DNA of 64,000 nucleotides from an uncultured Acholeplasmataceae bacterium (GCA_927441705.1 CAKMKH010000060.1:13194-77193); one strand, 5' to 3'; shown: positions 1 to 10,278, counted from the stretch's first letter. Translations and numbers: made by a program. Notes: generated by a model from the letters alone, not told the origin.

Positions 1-252
1 GACTTTAAAAAACAAGAAAAGAAAGTCGCAGACATTTATTTAGTTACACTTAAAGAAACTAATGATAAGTTATTAAATTCAGGTTTAGACATAGTTAAGA
101 AAAATGATTTAGTATACCAAATATCTGTTAAAGATAATTATAAAGAGTTTTTAAGTATTCTAAGTTCGTATGATGTTGTTCATATTGAAAGTAAAAAACA
201 ATCTATTGAAGATATCTTTATGACATATTATGGAGGGCATCATCATGATTAA
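1..252 (+). CDS. ABC transporter ATP-binding subunit, C-terminal fragment (5' end outside window)
   Basis: Frame +1 is open from the window edge to TAA at 250-252. Hand translation ends ...SIEDIFMTYYGGHHHD, a tail typical of ABC-2-type ATPase partners. The stop overlaps the start of the downstream permease. It is absent from the ORF track because no start codon lies in the window. Confidence 0.45.
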   Translation, partial: DFKKQEKKVADIYLVTLKETNDKLLNSGLDIVKKNDLVYQISVKDNYKEFLSILSSYDVVHIESKKQSIEDIFMTYYGGHHHD

Positions 253-1045
253 ATCATTGTTTTTATTTAATTTAAGAGAAAATAAAATTTTAATTATTGC
301 ATTTTCTCTTATTGGAACACTTTATGCAACAGTTAGTATTGGTATGTATGATCCTTCAAGTGCAGAAGCTTTAGAAGCGATGCTTGAACTATTGCCTGAG
401 GCAATGATCAGAATGATGGGTTTTGATCAAATTGGAGGAGATATTACACATTATGTAAGTAATTATTTATATGGATTTATCATGTTGTTATTTCCAGTTA
501 TTTTCAGCATTATGATGGGAACAAAATTAGTTTCTAAATATGTTGATCAAGGGTCTATGACGTATTTACTTACAATGCCTTATACTAGAAAAAAAATTGT
601 TATAACACAAGCTGTATTTTTTGCTCTTTCATTATTTGTTGTCATTTTCTTCAATGTTTTAGTTATTATAGTTATGGCTGAATCAATGTTTCCTAATGAT
701 TTACAGATTTGGAATTTTGTAATGTTAAATTTAGTGACTTATGCAGTACATCTAACACTAGCTGGGTTAACTTTCTTGTTTTCTGTTTTATTTAGTGATG
801 CATCAAAATCATTAGGTTTATCTGGAGGGTTTTTAATTGCATTCTTCATTATAAATATGTTAAGTTCAATTAGTGATAAAACTGAATTTTTAAAATATTT
901 AACACCTTTTACATTGATCGATATTGAGTATATTTTAGAAGGTGGATCACATGGAGTTCTGTCATTTATTGTTTTAATATTAACAGCTATTGCAGTTTTC
1001 GTTTTGAGCATAGAAATATTTCATAAAAAAAGTATCATAATTTAG
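245..1045 (+). CDS. ABC-2 family transporter permease
   Basis: Multi-pass hydrophobic protein directly downstream of, and overlapping, the ATPase fragment. I prefer ATG 245 (MIKSLFLF...), which has GGAGGG at 232-237, over the track start at 230. Confidence 0.65.
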   Translation: MIKSLFLFNLRENKILIIAFSLIGTLYATVSIGMYDPSSAEALEAMLELLPEAMIRMMGFDQIGGDITHYVSNYLYGFIMLLFPVIFSIMMGTKLVSKYVDQGSMTYLLTMPYTRKKIVITQAVFFALSLFVVIFFNVLVIIVMAESMFPNDLQIWNFVMLNLVTYAVHLTLAGLTFLFSVLFSDASKSLGLSGGFLIAFFIINMLSSISDKTEFLKYLTPFTLIDIEYILEGGSHGVLSFIVLILTAIAVFVLSIEIFHKKSIII

Positions 1046-1057
1046 GAGGCTTATTTC

Positions 1058-1354
1058 ATGAAAAAAATCTACAAAGTTTTAGAATGGTTATTATTTGTTA
1101 TTTTTTACGCATTATTTATATTTATGATTATCAGAATACTAAATAATGATAATAATCAGAGTTTAATAGTTGAAATTTTTGCAGGTATATTTGTTTTATT
1201 TTTATTTGTATATCCTTTTATATATATGTTAATGTTTTTCTTTGAGGTAAGTAAAATGCGATTTGTAAAATATATCTTAAGTGCAATCCCTATGGCTACA
1301 GTCGTTTTTTATGTTTTATCATATATATTTTTATATGGAATTCCTAGACCATAA
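1058..1354 (+). CDS. small integral membrane protein (3 predicted TM), unknown function
   Basis: 98-aa ORF with AGGAGG 7 nt upstream. Very hydrophobic. I recognise no family. Confidence 0.45.
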   Translation: MKKIYKVLEWLLFVIFYALFIFMIIRILNNDNNQSLIVEIFAGIFVLFLFVYPFIYMLMFFFEVSKMRFVKYILSAIPMATVVFYVLSYIFLYGIPRP

Positions 1355-1373
1355 ATAAAATAAATATTTATGG

Positions 1374-1401
1374 TTGACATTCCAAAATATATCCGTATAA
1401 T
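1374..1401 (+). promoter_or_regulatory. sigma-A-type promoter for the T-box/trpB transcript
   Basis: TTGACA at 1374-1379 and TATAAT at 1396-1401, with a 16-nt spacer. Confidence 0.5.
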
Positions 1402-1411
1402 AGAAGTAAAT

Positions 1412-1670
1412 TCGAAGATAAAGAAGAGTAACTTAGGTAAACATATCAAGCGAGTCCATGGCAGTGTAAGATGGATATATTCAATAACTAAGTGAATGGC
1501 CTTTTGAGAAGCAGGGTGAAATAAGTAGCCTGAGCCGGTTAGTTCCCGTTAGCAAACTAAAAATATAAAAGTCTTAAATGATGGAGTATTTTGTGAAGGA
1601 GAAACTATTGTTTCTTAAATTTGGGTGGTACCACGAGCATCTCGTCCCAAGACGAGGATGCTTTTTTTTA
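1412..1670 (+). promoter_or_regulatory. T-box leader (tRNA-sensing riboswitch), Trp specifier
   Basis: Conserved T-box sequence AAATTTGGGTGGTACCACG at about 1617-1636. Stem I elements are AAGAGTA (5' side of the specifier loop), AGCGAG and GCAGTG. The ACTTAG/CTAAGT helix brackets a specifier loop reading GAA-TGG-C, with TGG at 1497-1499. An F-box-like CCCGTTA is present. An intrinsic terminator follows immediately. Confidence 0.85.
1637..1669 (+). terminator. T-box terminator hairpin (competes with the antiterminator)
   Basis: GCATCTCGTC / GACGAGGATGC stem with loop CCAA, followed by T8. Its 5' arm overlaps the T-box sequence. Confidence 0.8.
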
Positions 1671-1721
1671 TACCCAATAACAAATACTTTTTCCCAGTAA
1701 AGACGAGAAAGGAAAAAGAAA

Positions 1722-2897
1722 ATGGAGTTTGGAAAATTTGGTGGACAATTTGTCCCAGGACCTATTCTTAAAGCGGTTAAAGAAGTTGAGGAGGCTTATA
1801 ATAAGTATAAGCAAGATGAGGATTTTATTAATGAGTTTAAGTTTTATTTAAAAAATTATGCAAATAGACCGTCACTACTGTATTATGCAAAAAACATGAC
1901 AGAAAATTTAGGTGGCGCAAAGATTTATTTAAAAAGAGAAGATTTGAATCATACAGGTGCACATAAAATAAATAATGTTATTGGACAAGCACTTTTAGCT
2001 AAGCGTATGGGAAAGAAGAAACTTATCGCTGAAACTGGTGCAGGTCAACATGGAGTAGCAACCGCAACCGCAGCTGCATTATTCGGCATGGAGTGCGAAA
2101 TTCATATGGGATATGTTGATATGATCAAACAATCTTTAAATGTATATCGCATGGAATTGTTAGGTGCTAAAGTAGTTGCTGTTCATGATGGATTAAAAAC
2201 TTTAAAAGAAGCAGTTGATAGTGCTTTAATGAAATGGAGTACTGAGTTAGAAGATACATTTTATCTTTTAGGCTCAGCTGTTGGTCCTCATCCATTTCCA
2301 ACGATGGTAAGAGACTTCCAAAAGATTATTGGAGAAGAAATAAAAATACAATTAAATGATGTTGAAAATAAACTTCCCGATTACGTTATTGCGTGTGTCG
2401 GTGGAGGTAGTAACGCAATTGGTGCATTTTATGATTTTATTAAAAATCCTTCAGTCAAATTGATTGGTGTTGAAGCAGCTGGAAAAGGTGTTGAAACTAA
2501 AGAACATGCAGCAACTATGACTTTAGGTGTCCAAGGTGTTATTCATGGAATGAATACATTGGTTTTACAAGATGAACAAGGTGAGATTGCTCCAGTATAT
2601 TCTATTTCTGCAGGTCTTGATTATCCTGGAGTTGGGCCTGAACATGCATATTTAAAAGAAATTGATAGAGTTCAGTATGTGAGTGCAACAGATGAAGAAG
2701 CTGTATTGGCTTTTGAGTATTTATCTAAAGTTGAAGGGATTATTCCTGCGATTGAGAGTTCTCATGCTTTAGTAGAGGCTATGAGATTAGCACCAAAGCT
2801 AAATAAAGACCAAATCATTGTTGTCAATCTATCTGGTAGAGGAGATAAGGATGTTAAGCAGGTTGCTAGATTTAGAAATTATAATTTAATTGACTAG
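1722..2897 (+). CDS. trpB: tryptophan synthase beta chain
   Basis: 391 aa. The N-terminus [10 protein letters not shown], the PLP-lysine motif [15 protein letters not shown] and GGGSNAIG are all classical TrpB signatures. Confidence 0.95.
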   Translation: MEFGKFGGQFVPGPILKAVKEVEEAYNKYKQDEDFINEFKFYLKNYANRPSLLYYAKNMTENLGGAKIYLKREDLNHTGAHKINNVIGQALLAKRMGKKKLIAETGAGQHGVATATAAALFGMECEIHMGYVDMIKQSLNVYRMELLGAKVVAVHDGLKTLKEAVDSALMKWSTELEDTFYLLGSAVGPHPFPTMVRDFQKIIGEEIKIQLNDVENKLPDYVIACVGGGSNAIGAFYDFIKNPSVKLIGVEAAGKGVETKEHAATMTLGVQGVIHGMNTLVLQDEQGEIAPVYSISAGLDYPGVGPEHAYLKEIDRVQYVSATDEEAVLAFEYLSKVEGIIPAIESSHALVEAMRLAPKLNKDQIIVVNLSGRGDKDVKQVARFRNYNLID

Positions 2898-2987
2898 TAG
2901 CAATATAATCATATTTTCAATCTATGTTTCAAGCTATGAGGATGGTTACTACATTATAAATTGGTTTAAAAATATCTATCAATTGAC

Positions 2988-3020
2988 AGAAGACATTCAT
3001 ATGATGTCTTCTTTCTTTTA
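2988..3020 (+). terminator. rho-independent terminator after trpB
   Basis: AGAAGACAT / ATGTCTTCT 9-bp stem (2988-2996 and 3004-3012) followed by a T-rich tract. Confidence 0.7.
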
Positions 3021-3106
3021 GTCAATATTTAAGAGGTCAGTTTTAATATGTTTTTTTATATGCTATACTTAATATAGACAAACCCTTTACAAGAAAGAGG
3101 AATTAT

Positions 3107-4015
3107 ATGGAACAAATTGATTATCGAATCGCATTATTAATCGATTCTGAAAATATATCAGCTAAATATATTAAACCAGTGATGCATGAAATCGCAAAAT
3201 ACGGAAGAATCGTTATTGCAAGATTTTATGGAGACATTTGGACTTTATCTAAAGAGTGGCATCAAACAGCTTTAAATTACGCAATCAAGCCTATGCATCA
3301 GTATAACGTTGCATCAGGAAAAAATGCAGCAGATATGGCGATGGCAATTGATGCATTAGAGATGATGTATCAAGAAAAAGTAAACACATTCTTTCTAATC
3401 ACTAGTGATAGTGATTTCACACCACTTGCTATGAAACTTAGAGAAGGTGGCATGACTGTTATTGGTATAGGTACAGAAAAGAAAGTCACTGAAGCATTTA
3501 AATCGGCGTGTAATGAGTTTAAATATTTTGATTATCTAGAAGATGAAGATGAAGATTCATCAGAAGTTGAAGAAGACGAAAACAATATTGAAAAAATAAT
3601 TAAAGATATTATTATCGATCATGGAAATAAAATGCCTTTAAGTAATTTAGGTAATATGCTTAGAAATAGAAGCTCTGATTTTGATGTTAGAAAGTATGGA
3701 GTGAAAAATTTATCTAGTCTAGTTAATACATTTTCGGGGCTTAGAACGATACAAAATGATATGGTTGTAGAGTTTAAGTCAGGACTTAGTTTTGACGAAA
3801 TAGCTAATAAAGTCATTGAAGTTGTATCTTCACAGAAAACTAATAAAATGCTATTAACTCAATTAAAACCTGAGATTGAAGAGTACTTCCCAGGCTTTAG
3901 CTATAAAGAATTTGGATTTTCACAGTTTGGAAAATTTATTGCAAGTATCAAGCAAGTCAATGTAAATAATCAGTGGGTAAAGTTGGTAAAGCAAAATGGA
4001 TCTAAAAAGCATTAG
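3107..4015 (+). CDS. NYN-domain (LabA-like) protein with two C-terminal OST-HTH/LOTUS domains
   Basis: The N-terminus (IALLIDSENIS ... FFLITSDSDF) fits the NYN/PIN-like nuclease fold. An acidic linker follows. Then come two roughly 70-aa repeats of LOTUS type (PLSNLGNMLR..., LLTQLKPEIE...). Confidence 0.7.
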   Translation: MEQIDYRIALLIDSENISAKYIKPVMHEIAKYGRIVIARFYGDIWTLSKEWHQTALNYAIKPMHQYNVASGKNAADMAMAIDALEMMYQEKVNTFFLITSDSDFTPLAMKLREGGMTVIGIGTEKKVTEAFKSACNEFKYFDYLEDEDEDSSEVEEDENNIEKIIKDIIIDHGNKMPLSNLGNMLRNRSSDFDVRKYGVKNLSSLVNTFSGLRTIQNDMVVEFKSGLSFDEIANKVIEVVSSQKTNKMLLTQLKPEIEEYFPGFSYKEFGFSQFGKFIASIKQVNVNNQWVKLVKQNGSKKH

Positions 4016-4811
4016 TCAAAAAAAGAGGTCATTAGAAACAACAACAGTTTTCGGAGGGGTAATTGTTGCTGTTTCTTTTTTTGCTTTTATAGCAAATCCA
4101 ATTTTTATGATAGGATTTATATCTGGTGGTATCATTATGGCCGTTAGTGGTAGTAAATTTAAAAAGCTATCGCAACAATTTAAAAAAGTTCATGTCAAAG
4201 AACTTATTGAAAAAGAAATATCTAACTGTTTTTATGATCCTGATAAAGGATTTGAAAAAGAAACAGTTTATGATTCTAAAATTTTAAGAAAAGAAGATAG
4301 ATATTATAGTGAAGATTATTTATCGGGTTTAATTAAAGGAAAAAGATTTGAGAGTGCAGATTTGAAATTACAAGATGTTAGAAGTAATGGTAAGTCTACG
4401 ACAGTTGTTACTGTCTTTCAAGGAAGATTCTTTATTATTGATTTTGATAAGAAATTTGAAAGTGATGTTTATGTAATGCCTAATCGCAGTTTTGGGTTTA
4501 ATTGGTTTACTAATATGGTTAGAGTTGATGTTGAGTCTATTTTATTTAATAAAGTTTTTGATGTGTTTTCTGAAAGTCAACACTCTGCATTCTATTTACT
4601 AAAACCAGCATTTATTGAAAAGCTAATTGAATTTTCTAATGAAGCTAAACGTGTTATGTTTGGATTCAAAGATCACAAAGTATTTATTGCATTAGATACA
4701 AGAATTGATACTTTTGATTTAAAATTCTTTAGAGAAATTGATGAAACGTTTTTCGAAGAAGTAAAGAAAGAGATCAAACTCATTGAAGAACTTATCGAAT
4801 TAATTCCATAA
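3996..4811 (+). CDS. membrane-anchored protein of unknown function (possibly DUF3137-like)
   Basis: 271-aa ORF overlapping the NYN gene by 20 nt. It has two N-terminal TM helices and then a soluble domain. The family assignment is only a recollection. Confidence 0.45.
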   Translation: MDLKSISQKKRSLETTTVFGGVIVAVSFFAFIANPIFMIGFISGGIIMAVSGSKFKKLSQQFKKVHVKELIEKEISNCFYDPDKGFEKETVYDSKILRKEDRYYSEDYLSGLIKGKRFESADLKLQDVRSNGKSTTVVTVFQGRFFIIDFDKKFESDVYVMPNRSFGFNWFTNMVRVDVESILFNKVFDVFSESQHSAFYLLKPAFIEKLIEFSNEAKRVMFGFKDHKVFIALDTRIDTFDLKFFREIDETFFEEVKKEIKLIEELIELIP

Positions 4812-4850
4812 AAAAAATCACTTCATTTTTTATATGAAGTGATTTTTTTT
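4809..4850. terminator. bidirectional terminator between convergent genes
   Basis: A-run, then the TCACTTCAT / ATGAAGTGA stem, then T8. It serves both 3996..4811 (+) and the ATPase (-). Confidence 0.75.
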
Positions 4851-7530
4851 ATATTCTATTTTTTTTAATTAGTTTTGTTAACTCTATGATCACTACTGGA
4901 AGTAATACTAAACCAATGATGATTAACCATTGATTAAATGGAAGAGTAGTGATTCCAAATATCTTTCTTGTAAATGGAACAAATACGACAAATAATTGCA
5001 GTGAAAGACTAGCTGCTAGTGCATAATATATATATTTATTTCTTTTTAACTTGAAGATTGAGAATGTTTCACTTCTAACGTTAAATGCGTGAGCTAATTG
5101 AGATAGGGCTAATACAATGAATGTCATTGTTTGAGCACTCATCATTTTATCTGCTCTAAGTGTGCTGGATTCTAAGTACCAACCTATTGTGTAGGCTGCA
5201 AATGAGATAAGACCAAGCATTAAACCTTGCATACCTATTTTTAATCCAAGTCCATCAGCAAATATTGATTTTTTCGTGTCTCTTGGTTGTTGATCCATAA
5301 TGTTCGCTTCTTTAGGTTCTAAACCCAAGGCAATTGCCATTAAAGAATCTGTAACTAGATTGACCCATAAAATCTGAACAGCAGTAAGTGTTGTAACTCT
5401 ACCACTAAAAACTAAAATACCCAAAGTTGTACCTAAGAAAATAGTAATAATTTCTCCAATATTACAACTTAATAAGAAATGAATTGCTTTTTTGATATTT
5501 GCAAATATTGTTCTACCTTCACTAACTGCATTAACAATAGTTGCAAAGTTATCATCAGTTAAAATCATATCTGCTGCGCCTTTTGCAACTTCAGTACCAG
5601 TGATGCCCATTGCAATACCAATGTCTGCTTTTTTTATAGATGGAGCATCATTAACACCATCACCTGTCATTGCTACGACTTTACCATTTTTTCTCCAAGC
5701 ATCCACGATTCGAACTTTGTTTTCAGGAGAAACTCTTGCGTAGACTCTGATTTTTTCTAGTTTATCATAAAACTCTTCATCGTCCATTTTATCTAAATCC
5801 TTACCTGTGATAGCAATTTCACCATCAGATAATATATTTAGATCTCTTGCGATTGCAACAGCTGTATTGATATGATCACCAGTAATCATTATTGATTTAA
5901 TGCCTGCTTTATTACATATTGCAATAGCATCTTTAGCTTCAGGTCTTGCAGGATCTATCATACCAATTAATCCGAGAAGTGTTAAATCATTTTCTAAATC
6001 ATCAGATTTCAATGTTTTCAATTCATCAGATTTATTTATTTTTTTATATGCAACAGCTAAAACTCGTAAAGCATTGTTAGACATATCCTGATTTGCTTGT
6101 TCGTATAGACTAATATCAAAATCATCTTGATTATGAATTTCTTTAGAACGACTGAATATGACATCTGGTGCACCTTTAATGACTGCATATCTTCCATCAG
6201 GAAAATCATGTACAGTTGTCATCATTTTTCTGTTTGAATCAAAGGGAAGTTCATATAATCTATCGTTATCATCAAGCATCTCAATTGGGTTTTTTCCGAG
6301 TGTGAGTGCCAAATCAATAAAAGCTATTTCTGTTGGATCACCAATTTTAACATAATTATCTTCTTGAATCGAAACTTTAGTATCATTACATAAAGTTCCA
6401 AATAAAGTTAATTTATTGAGTGTTTCATTAGATTTTGTGTCTTTATCTATATCAATAGTCTTTTTATCAACGAATACTTTTGTAACTGTCATTAAGTTTT
6501 GTGTCAGTGTTCCAGTTTTATCTGAGCAAATAATGCTCGTAGAACCTAATGTTTCAACAGCAGGTAGGGTTCTGATGATGGCTTCTTTTTTTACTAAGTT
6601 TTGCATACCGAGTGCAAGCACTATTGTAATGATAGCTGGTAATCCTTCTGGTATAGCTGCAACTGCTAGAGCAACAGAAGTAAGTAACGCTTCTTTCCAA
6701 TCATCGAAAGTAGCACTACCATCGATGATATAAGCTTCAACAATAGTAATTGCAAAAATGATGAATGTGATGCCTAAAGCAATGATTGCTAATGTTTTCC
6801 CTAGTCTTGCCATACTATTTTGAAGAGGTGTCGGTTCATTTTCTGTTTCACTTAACATTGTTGCGATTTTTCCTAATTGTGTTTTCATCGCGATATCAGT
6901 TACGATTGCTTTTCCTCTACCATAAGTTACAACAGTTCCCATGAAGCCTAAATTGGTTCGATCGCCTACTGGGACTTCGTCTTCTAAAATTGGGTCAGTT
7001 GTTTTTTCAACCGGAACTGCTTCACCTGTTAGAGGTGACTCATCAGTTTTTAAATTGATAGATTCAATAATTCTTACATCGGCAGGAACATAGTCACCTG
7101 CATCTAAGATGACGATATCTCCAACTGTCAGTTCTTTAACATTAATTAATCTTTCTTTTCCATCACGTAAAACTTTTGCTTGAGGAGAAGACATTGCCTT
7201 AATTGATTCTAACGCCTTTTCAGCTTTAGCTTCTTGAAATAATCCTAAAAATGCATTGATTAAGACTATCATTAATATTAAAATGCCTTCTGATATCTCA
7301 TCTGTCACGAATGATAGTACAGATGCACCAAGTAAAACAAATATCATAAAGTCATTAATTTGATCAAAAAACCGAAGTATCCAAGACCTTTTTTTTGTCT
7401 CATCTAGTTGGTTTAAACCATATTTTTCTTTTCTATTTATAACCTCTGTTTCATTAAGACCAGTTTCTTTATTTGATTCTAATTGCTTAATTATTTCATC
7501 TGTTTTTAGTTGATAGTTTAATTTTTCCAT
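4849..7530 (-). CDS. P-type Ca2+-transporting ATPase (P2 type)
   Basis: 893 aa. Motifs: TGES-like LTGEA, phosphorylation motif CSDKTGTLTQN, hinge TGDGVNDAPS and PEGLP in M4. Confidence 0.9.
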   Translation of the reverse strand: MEKLNYQLKTDEIIKQLESNKETGLNETEVINRKEKYGLNQLDETKKRSWILRFFDQINDFMIFVLLGASVLSFVTDEISEGILILMIVLINAFLGLFQEAKAEKALESIKAMSSPQAKVLRDGKERLINVKELTVGDIVILDAGDYVPADVRIIESINLKTDESPLTGEAVPVEKTTDPILEDEVPVGDRTNLGFMGTVVTYGRGKAIVTDIAMKTQLGKIATMLSETENEPTPLQNSMARLGKTLAIIALGITFIIFAITIVEAYIIDGSATFDDWKEALLTSVALAVAAIPEGLPAIITIVLALGMQNLVKKEAIIRTLPAVETLGSTSIICSDKTGTLTQNLMTVTKVFVDKKTIDIDKDTKSNETLNKLTLFGTLCNDTKVSIQEDNYVKIGDPTEIAFIDLALTLGKNPIEMLDDNDRLYELPFDSNRKMMTTVHDFPDGRYAVIKGAPDVIFSRSKEIHNQDDFDISLYEQANQDMSNNALRVLAVAYKKINKSDELKTLKSDDLENDLTLLGLIGMIDPARPEAKDAIAICNKAGIKSIMITGDHINTAVAIARDLNILSDGEIAITGKDLDKMDDEEFYDKLEKIRVYARVSPENKVRIVDAWRKNGKVVAMTGDGVNDAPSIKKADIGIAMGITGTEVAKGAADMILTDDNFATIVNAVSEGRTIFANIKKAIHFLLSCNIGEIITIFLGTTLGILVFSGRVTTLTAVQILWVNLVTDSLMAIALGLEPKEANIMDQQPRDTKKSIFADGLGLKIGMQGLMLGLISFAAYTIGWYLESSTLRADKMMSAQTMTFIVLALSQLAHAFNVRSETFSIFKLKRNKYIYYALAASLSLQLFVVFVPFTRKIFGITTLPFNQWLIIIGLVLLPVVIIELTKLIKKNRI

Positions 7531-7686
7531 AATCTACTCCTTTATGTGTGTACAAGATTATTCTATCATATATAGAGCTACATTTAAATAAGCAAGTAAG
7601 CTTAAGTATAATGCACATATAGTGATTTTTAGTTAGAAAGACTTAAGTTTTTTTAGTATAATAAGTATAGAGAAGGAGATGTTATT

Positions 7687-8433
7687 ATGGCTTATGTAGA
7701 ATGTCAAATAAAATCAAATGAATTAGATATGAGTATTTCTGTGAATGTGATTTATCCAGAACATATAGAAAATAACAAAAATGTTAAGGTGTTATATTTA
7801 CTTCATGGCTATACAGGGCATTATATGGATTGGATGAGACAAACTTCAATTGAAAGATACGCATCAAAATATCAAATATGTGTTGTTATGCCATCTGTAC
7901 ATAATAGTTATTATGTAAATAATATTTATGGTGTAAATTATTTTAATTTCGTTGCTGTTGAGTTACCAAGTGTCATAGAAAATATGTTTCATGTGTCAAA
8001 TAAGAAAGAAAATCGATTTGTATGTGGTCTTTCAATGGGTGGATATGGCGCATTGAAAATCGGTTTGACATTTTCAGATCGCTACGAAAAAATCGCAAGC
8101 CTTTCAGGAGCAATTGATATTGATAGAATTTATGAACTTAACAAAGATAATCCGAAACGTTCATTATTTAATCTATCTTTTGAAAAATTTCCTGTAAAAG
8201 GGACTGATGATGACATTTATCATTTAATCGAAGAGTCTATTAAAAAAGAAAACACACCTGAGTTATTCATTGCATGTGGTAAAAATGATTTTCTATATGA
8301 AGATCATTTGAAATTTAAAGCATTTTTAGGTGAAAAAAACGTTCCTTTTATTAATAAAGAAACGTCAGGTGGTCATGAATGGAAACTATGGGATAATTAT
8401 ATCCAAGATGTACTAGAATGGATGTTCGAATAA
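7687..8433 (+). CDS. esterase D / tributyrin-esterase-like serine hydrolase
   Basis: 248 aa. LYLLHGYTG and the nucleophile elbow GLSMGGYGAL, with a C-terminal GGHEW. Confidence 0.75.
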   Translation: MAYVECQIKSNELDMSISVNVIYPEHIENNKNVKVLYLLHGYTGHYMDWMRQTSIERYASKYQICVVMPSVHNSYYVNNIYGVNYFNFVAVELPSVIENMFHVSNKKENRFVCGLSMGGYGALKIGLTFSDRYEKIASLSGAIDIDRIYELNKDNPKRSLFNLSFEKFPVKGTDDDIYHLIEESIKKENTPELFIACGKNDFLYEDHLKFKAFLGEKNVPFINKETSGGHEWKLWDNYIQDVLEWMFE

Positions 8434-8438
8434 ATTTT

Positions 8439-9230
8439 TTAAGATTTAAATAACCATAAAATAAATGTAGAAAACATTTTTCGCCATGCAAGTTCATGGT
8501 GTTGATCATCGGTTTCGATGTAGAAAATGTCTTCTACATTTTTTTGTTCTAAGGCGTTTTTTAAGTTTTGACTATTTTTAATATATAATTCATTAAAATT
8601 AGAATTTGATTCGTCAGATGATTCATTTCTTCCAACACTTATAAAAAAGCGTTGATTGGCTTTTAAATCAGCATATTTTATATACGATAAAAAGTCTTCT
8701 TCATTAAACCAAGAAGCAAGTGAGAATACACCAACATGTTTAAATAGATTTGGATATTTTGAAGCGATATATGTTGATATATACGCACCCATAGAACTAC
8801 CTGCAATACTTGTGTGATCATAATCTTTGAGTGTTCTAAAATTCTTGTCTATATAAGGCTTAACTTTTTTAGCAATAAAGTCAGCATAGACATCACCCAA
8901 ACCACCTACTTGAACCTTAAGCATTCCTTTAATTAAATCTTTGCCTACCCAAGGTGCATATTCAAAAAACCGTAAGTCAGAATTATCAATACCTACAATG
9001 ATAACATCATCTTTAATCTTTTGTTGTTGTTTTAATTGGATTAGTGTATCATAAATACCCCAAGAGGTTTGATTAAACGATGTTTTATCTTCAAATAAAT
9101 TTTGACCATCGTGCATATATAAAACAGGATAACTTTTGTCTTGATTAGAGTAATCATCTGGTAGTAAAATTCTAATTGTTCTTTTCTTTTTAGTTGTTGG
9201 GATGTAAAGTTGTTTTTTTATTAAGTTCAT
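8439..9230 (-). CDS. alpha/beta hydrolase (putative esterase family)
   Basis: YPVLYMHDGQNLF and AGSSMGA motifs. The start is moved to ATG 9230 (MNLIKK...) because the track start is a GTG lying inside the AAGGTGG ribosome-binding site. Confidence 0.7.
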   Translation of the reverse strand: MNLIKKQLYIPTTKKKRTIRILLPDDYSNQDKSYPVLYMHDGQNLFEDKTSFNQTSWGIYDTLIQLKQQQKIKDDVIIVGIDNSDLRFFEYAPWVGKDLIKGMLKVQVGGLGDVYADFIAKKVKPYIDKNFRTLKDYDHTSIAGSSMGAYISTYIASKYPNLFKHVGVFSLASWFNEEDFLSYIKYADLKANQRFFISVGRNESSDESNSNFNELYIKNSQNLKNALEQKNVEDIFYIETDDQHHELAWRKMFSTFILWLFKS

Positions 9231-9338
9231 ATAGACCACCTTTCACTTTTATTTTAACATGTTTCGATTAAAACAATATTTCTGACCAATTATAACAACT
9301 AATATGATAAAATATAATTAGATTGATGGAGGTGCTTT

Positions 9339-10271
9339 ATGAAAGTTCATACCTTTGGAAAAACACAAAAAAATACATCAAGGCTTGGATTCGGTTCATG
9401 GCAATTAGGAAATACGGATTTTTGGGGTTACATGTCTTATGACGATGGTATATCACTTGTAAAAGAAGCAATTGATAAAGGAATCACTTTTTTTGATACA
9501 GCACCAGGATATGCTGCTGGGACGAGTGAAACTATTATTGGTGAAGCAACTCTAGGCAAAAAAGATAAAATCATCATTAATACAAAAATCGGGCACATGG
9601 CTGATGGAAGTATTGATTTTAGTGTATCTTCACTTGAAGAACAAGTCTATGAATCATTAGAAAGACTTCAAGTAGATTCTATTGATAGTGTTTTATTACA
9701 TAATCCAGATATGAGCATTTTAACAAATCAAACAGAACATATTGAAGAGTTAGAATTATTAAAATCTCAAGGTTTAATAAAATCTTATGGAGTTAGCATT
9801 GATACATTTGAAGAATTTGAAGCAGTATTAGAACATTTAAAGGTTGATACTATTGAAATACTTTTCAATATATTTTTTCAAGAAGTCATCCCTTTGTTTA
9901 AAAAGGCAAAAGAAAAGGGTATATCACTGGTTGTAAAAGTACCATTAGATTCAGGATGGTTAACTGGTAAATATCATAAAGATTCTGAGTTTGAAGGTAT
10001 TCGTTCAAGATGGGATATTGAAACCATTGAAAGAAGAGCTCTTTATGTTGAAGAATTAAAAAAAATAACTAAAGATCAAAACCTAACAAAATATGCAATA
10101 GGATTTGTGTTAAGTTTTGATGAAATAGATGTTGTCATACCGGGTATTAAAAATAAAGAACAATTAGAAGATCACCTTAAGAATGCTGAATATCAGCTTC
10201 CTGATCATCTAAAAAAAGCTTTTATAGAACTTTATGAAAAACATATTAAAAACGATCCATTAGTTTGGTAA
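9339..10271 (+). CDS. aldo/keto reductase
   Basis: 310 aa. FDTAPGYA and LLHNPD, with typical AKR length and layout. Confidence 0.85.
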   Translation: MKVHTFGKTQKNTSRLGFGSWQLGNTDFWGYMSYDDGISLVKEAIDKGITFFDTAPGYAAGTSETIIGEATLGKKDKIIINTKIGHMADGSIDFSVSSLEEQVYESLERLQVDSIDSVLLHNPDMSILTNQTEHIEELELLKSQGLIKSYGVSIDTFEEFEAVLEHLKVDTIEILFNIFFQEVIPLFKKAKEKGISLVVKVPLDSGWLTGKYHKDSEFEGIRSRWDIETIERRALYVEELKKITKDQNLTKYAIGFVLSFDEIDVVIPGIKNKEQLEDHLKNAEYQLPDHLKKAFIELYEKHIKNDPLVW

Positions 10272-10278
10272 TAAAAAA

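Noticed and set aside
5492-6733. Four plus-strand ORFs (63-105 aa) inside the P-type ATPase gene.
   Set aside because: They are antisense to a 893-aa gene with unmistakable P-type ATPase motifs. Their products are low-complexity and have no start context, which is typical of shadow ORFs. The same applies to the short antisense ORFs at 739, 3619, 10314, 12205, 13953, 14768, 17902, 20754, 22991, 30309, 32433, 33274, 39219, 40836, 45858, 47770, 52131, 55405, 58273-58931 and 59836.
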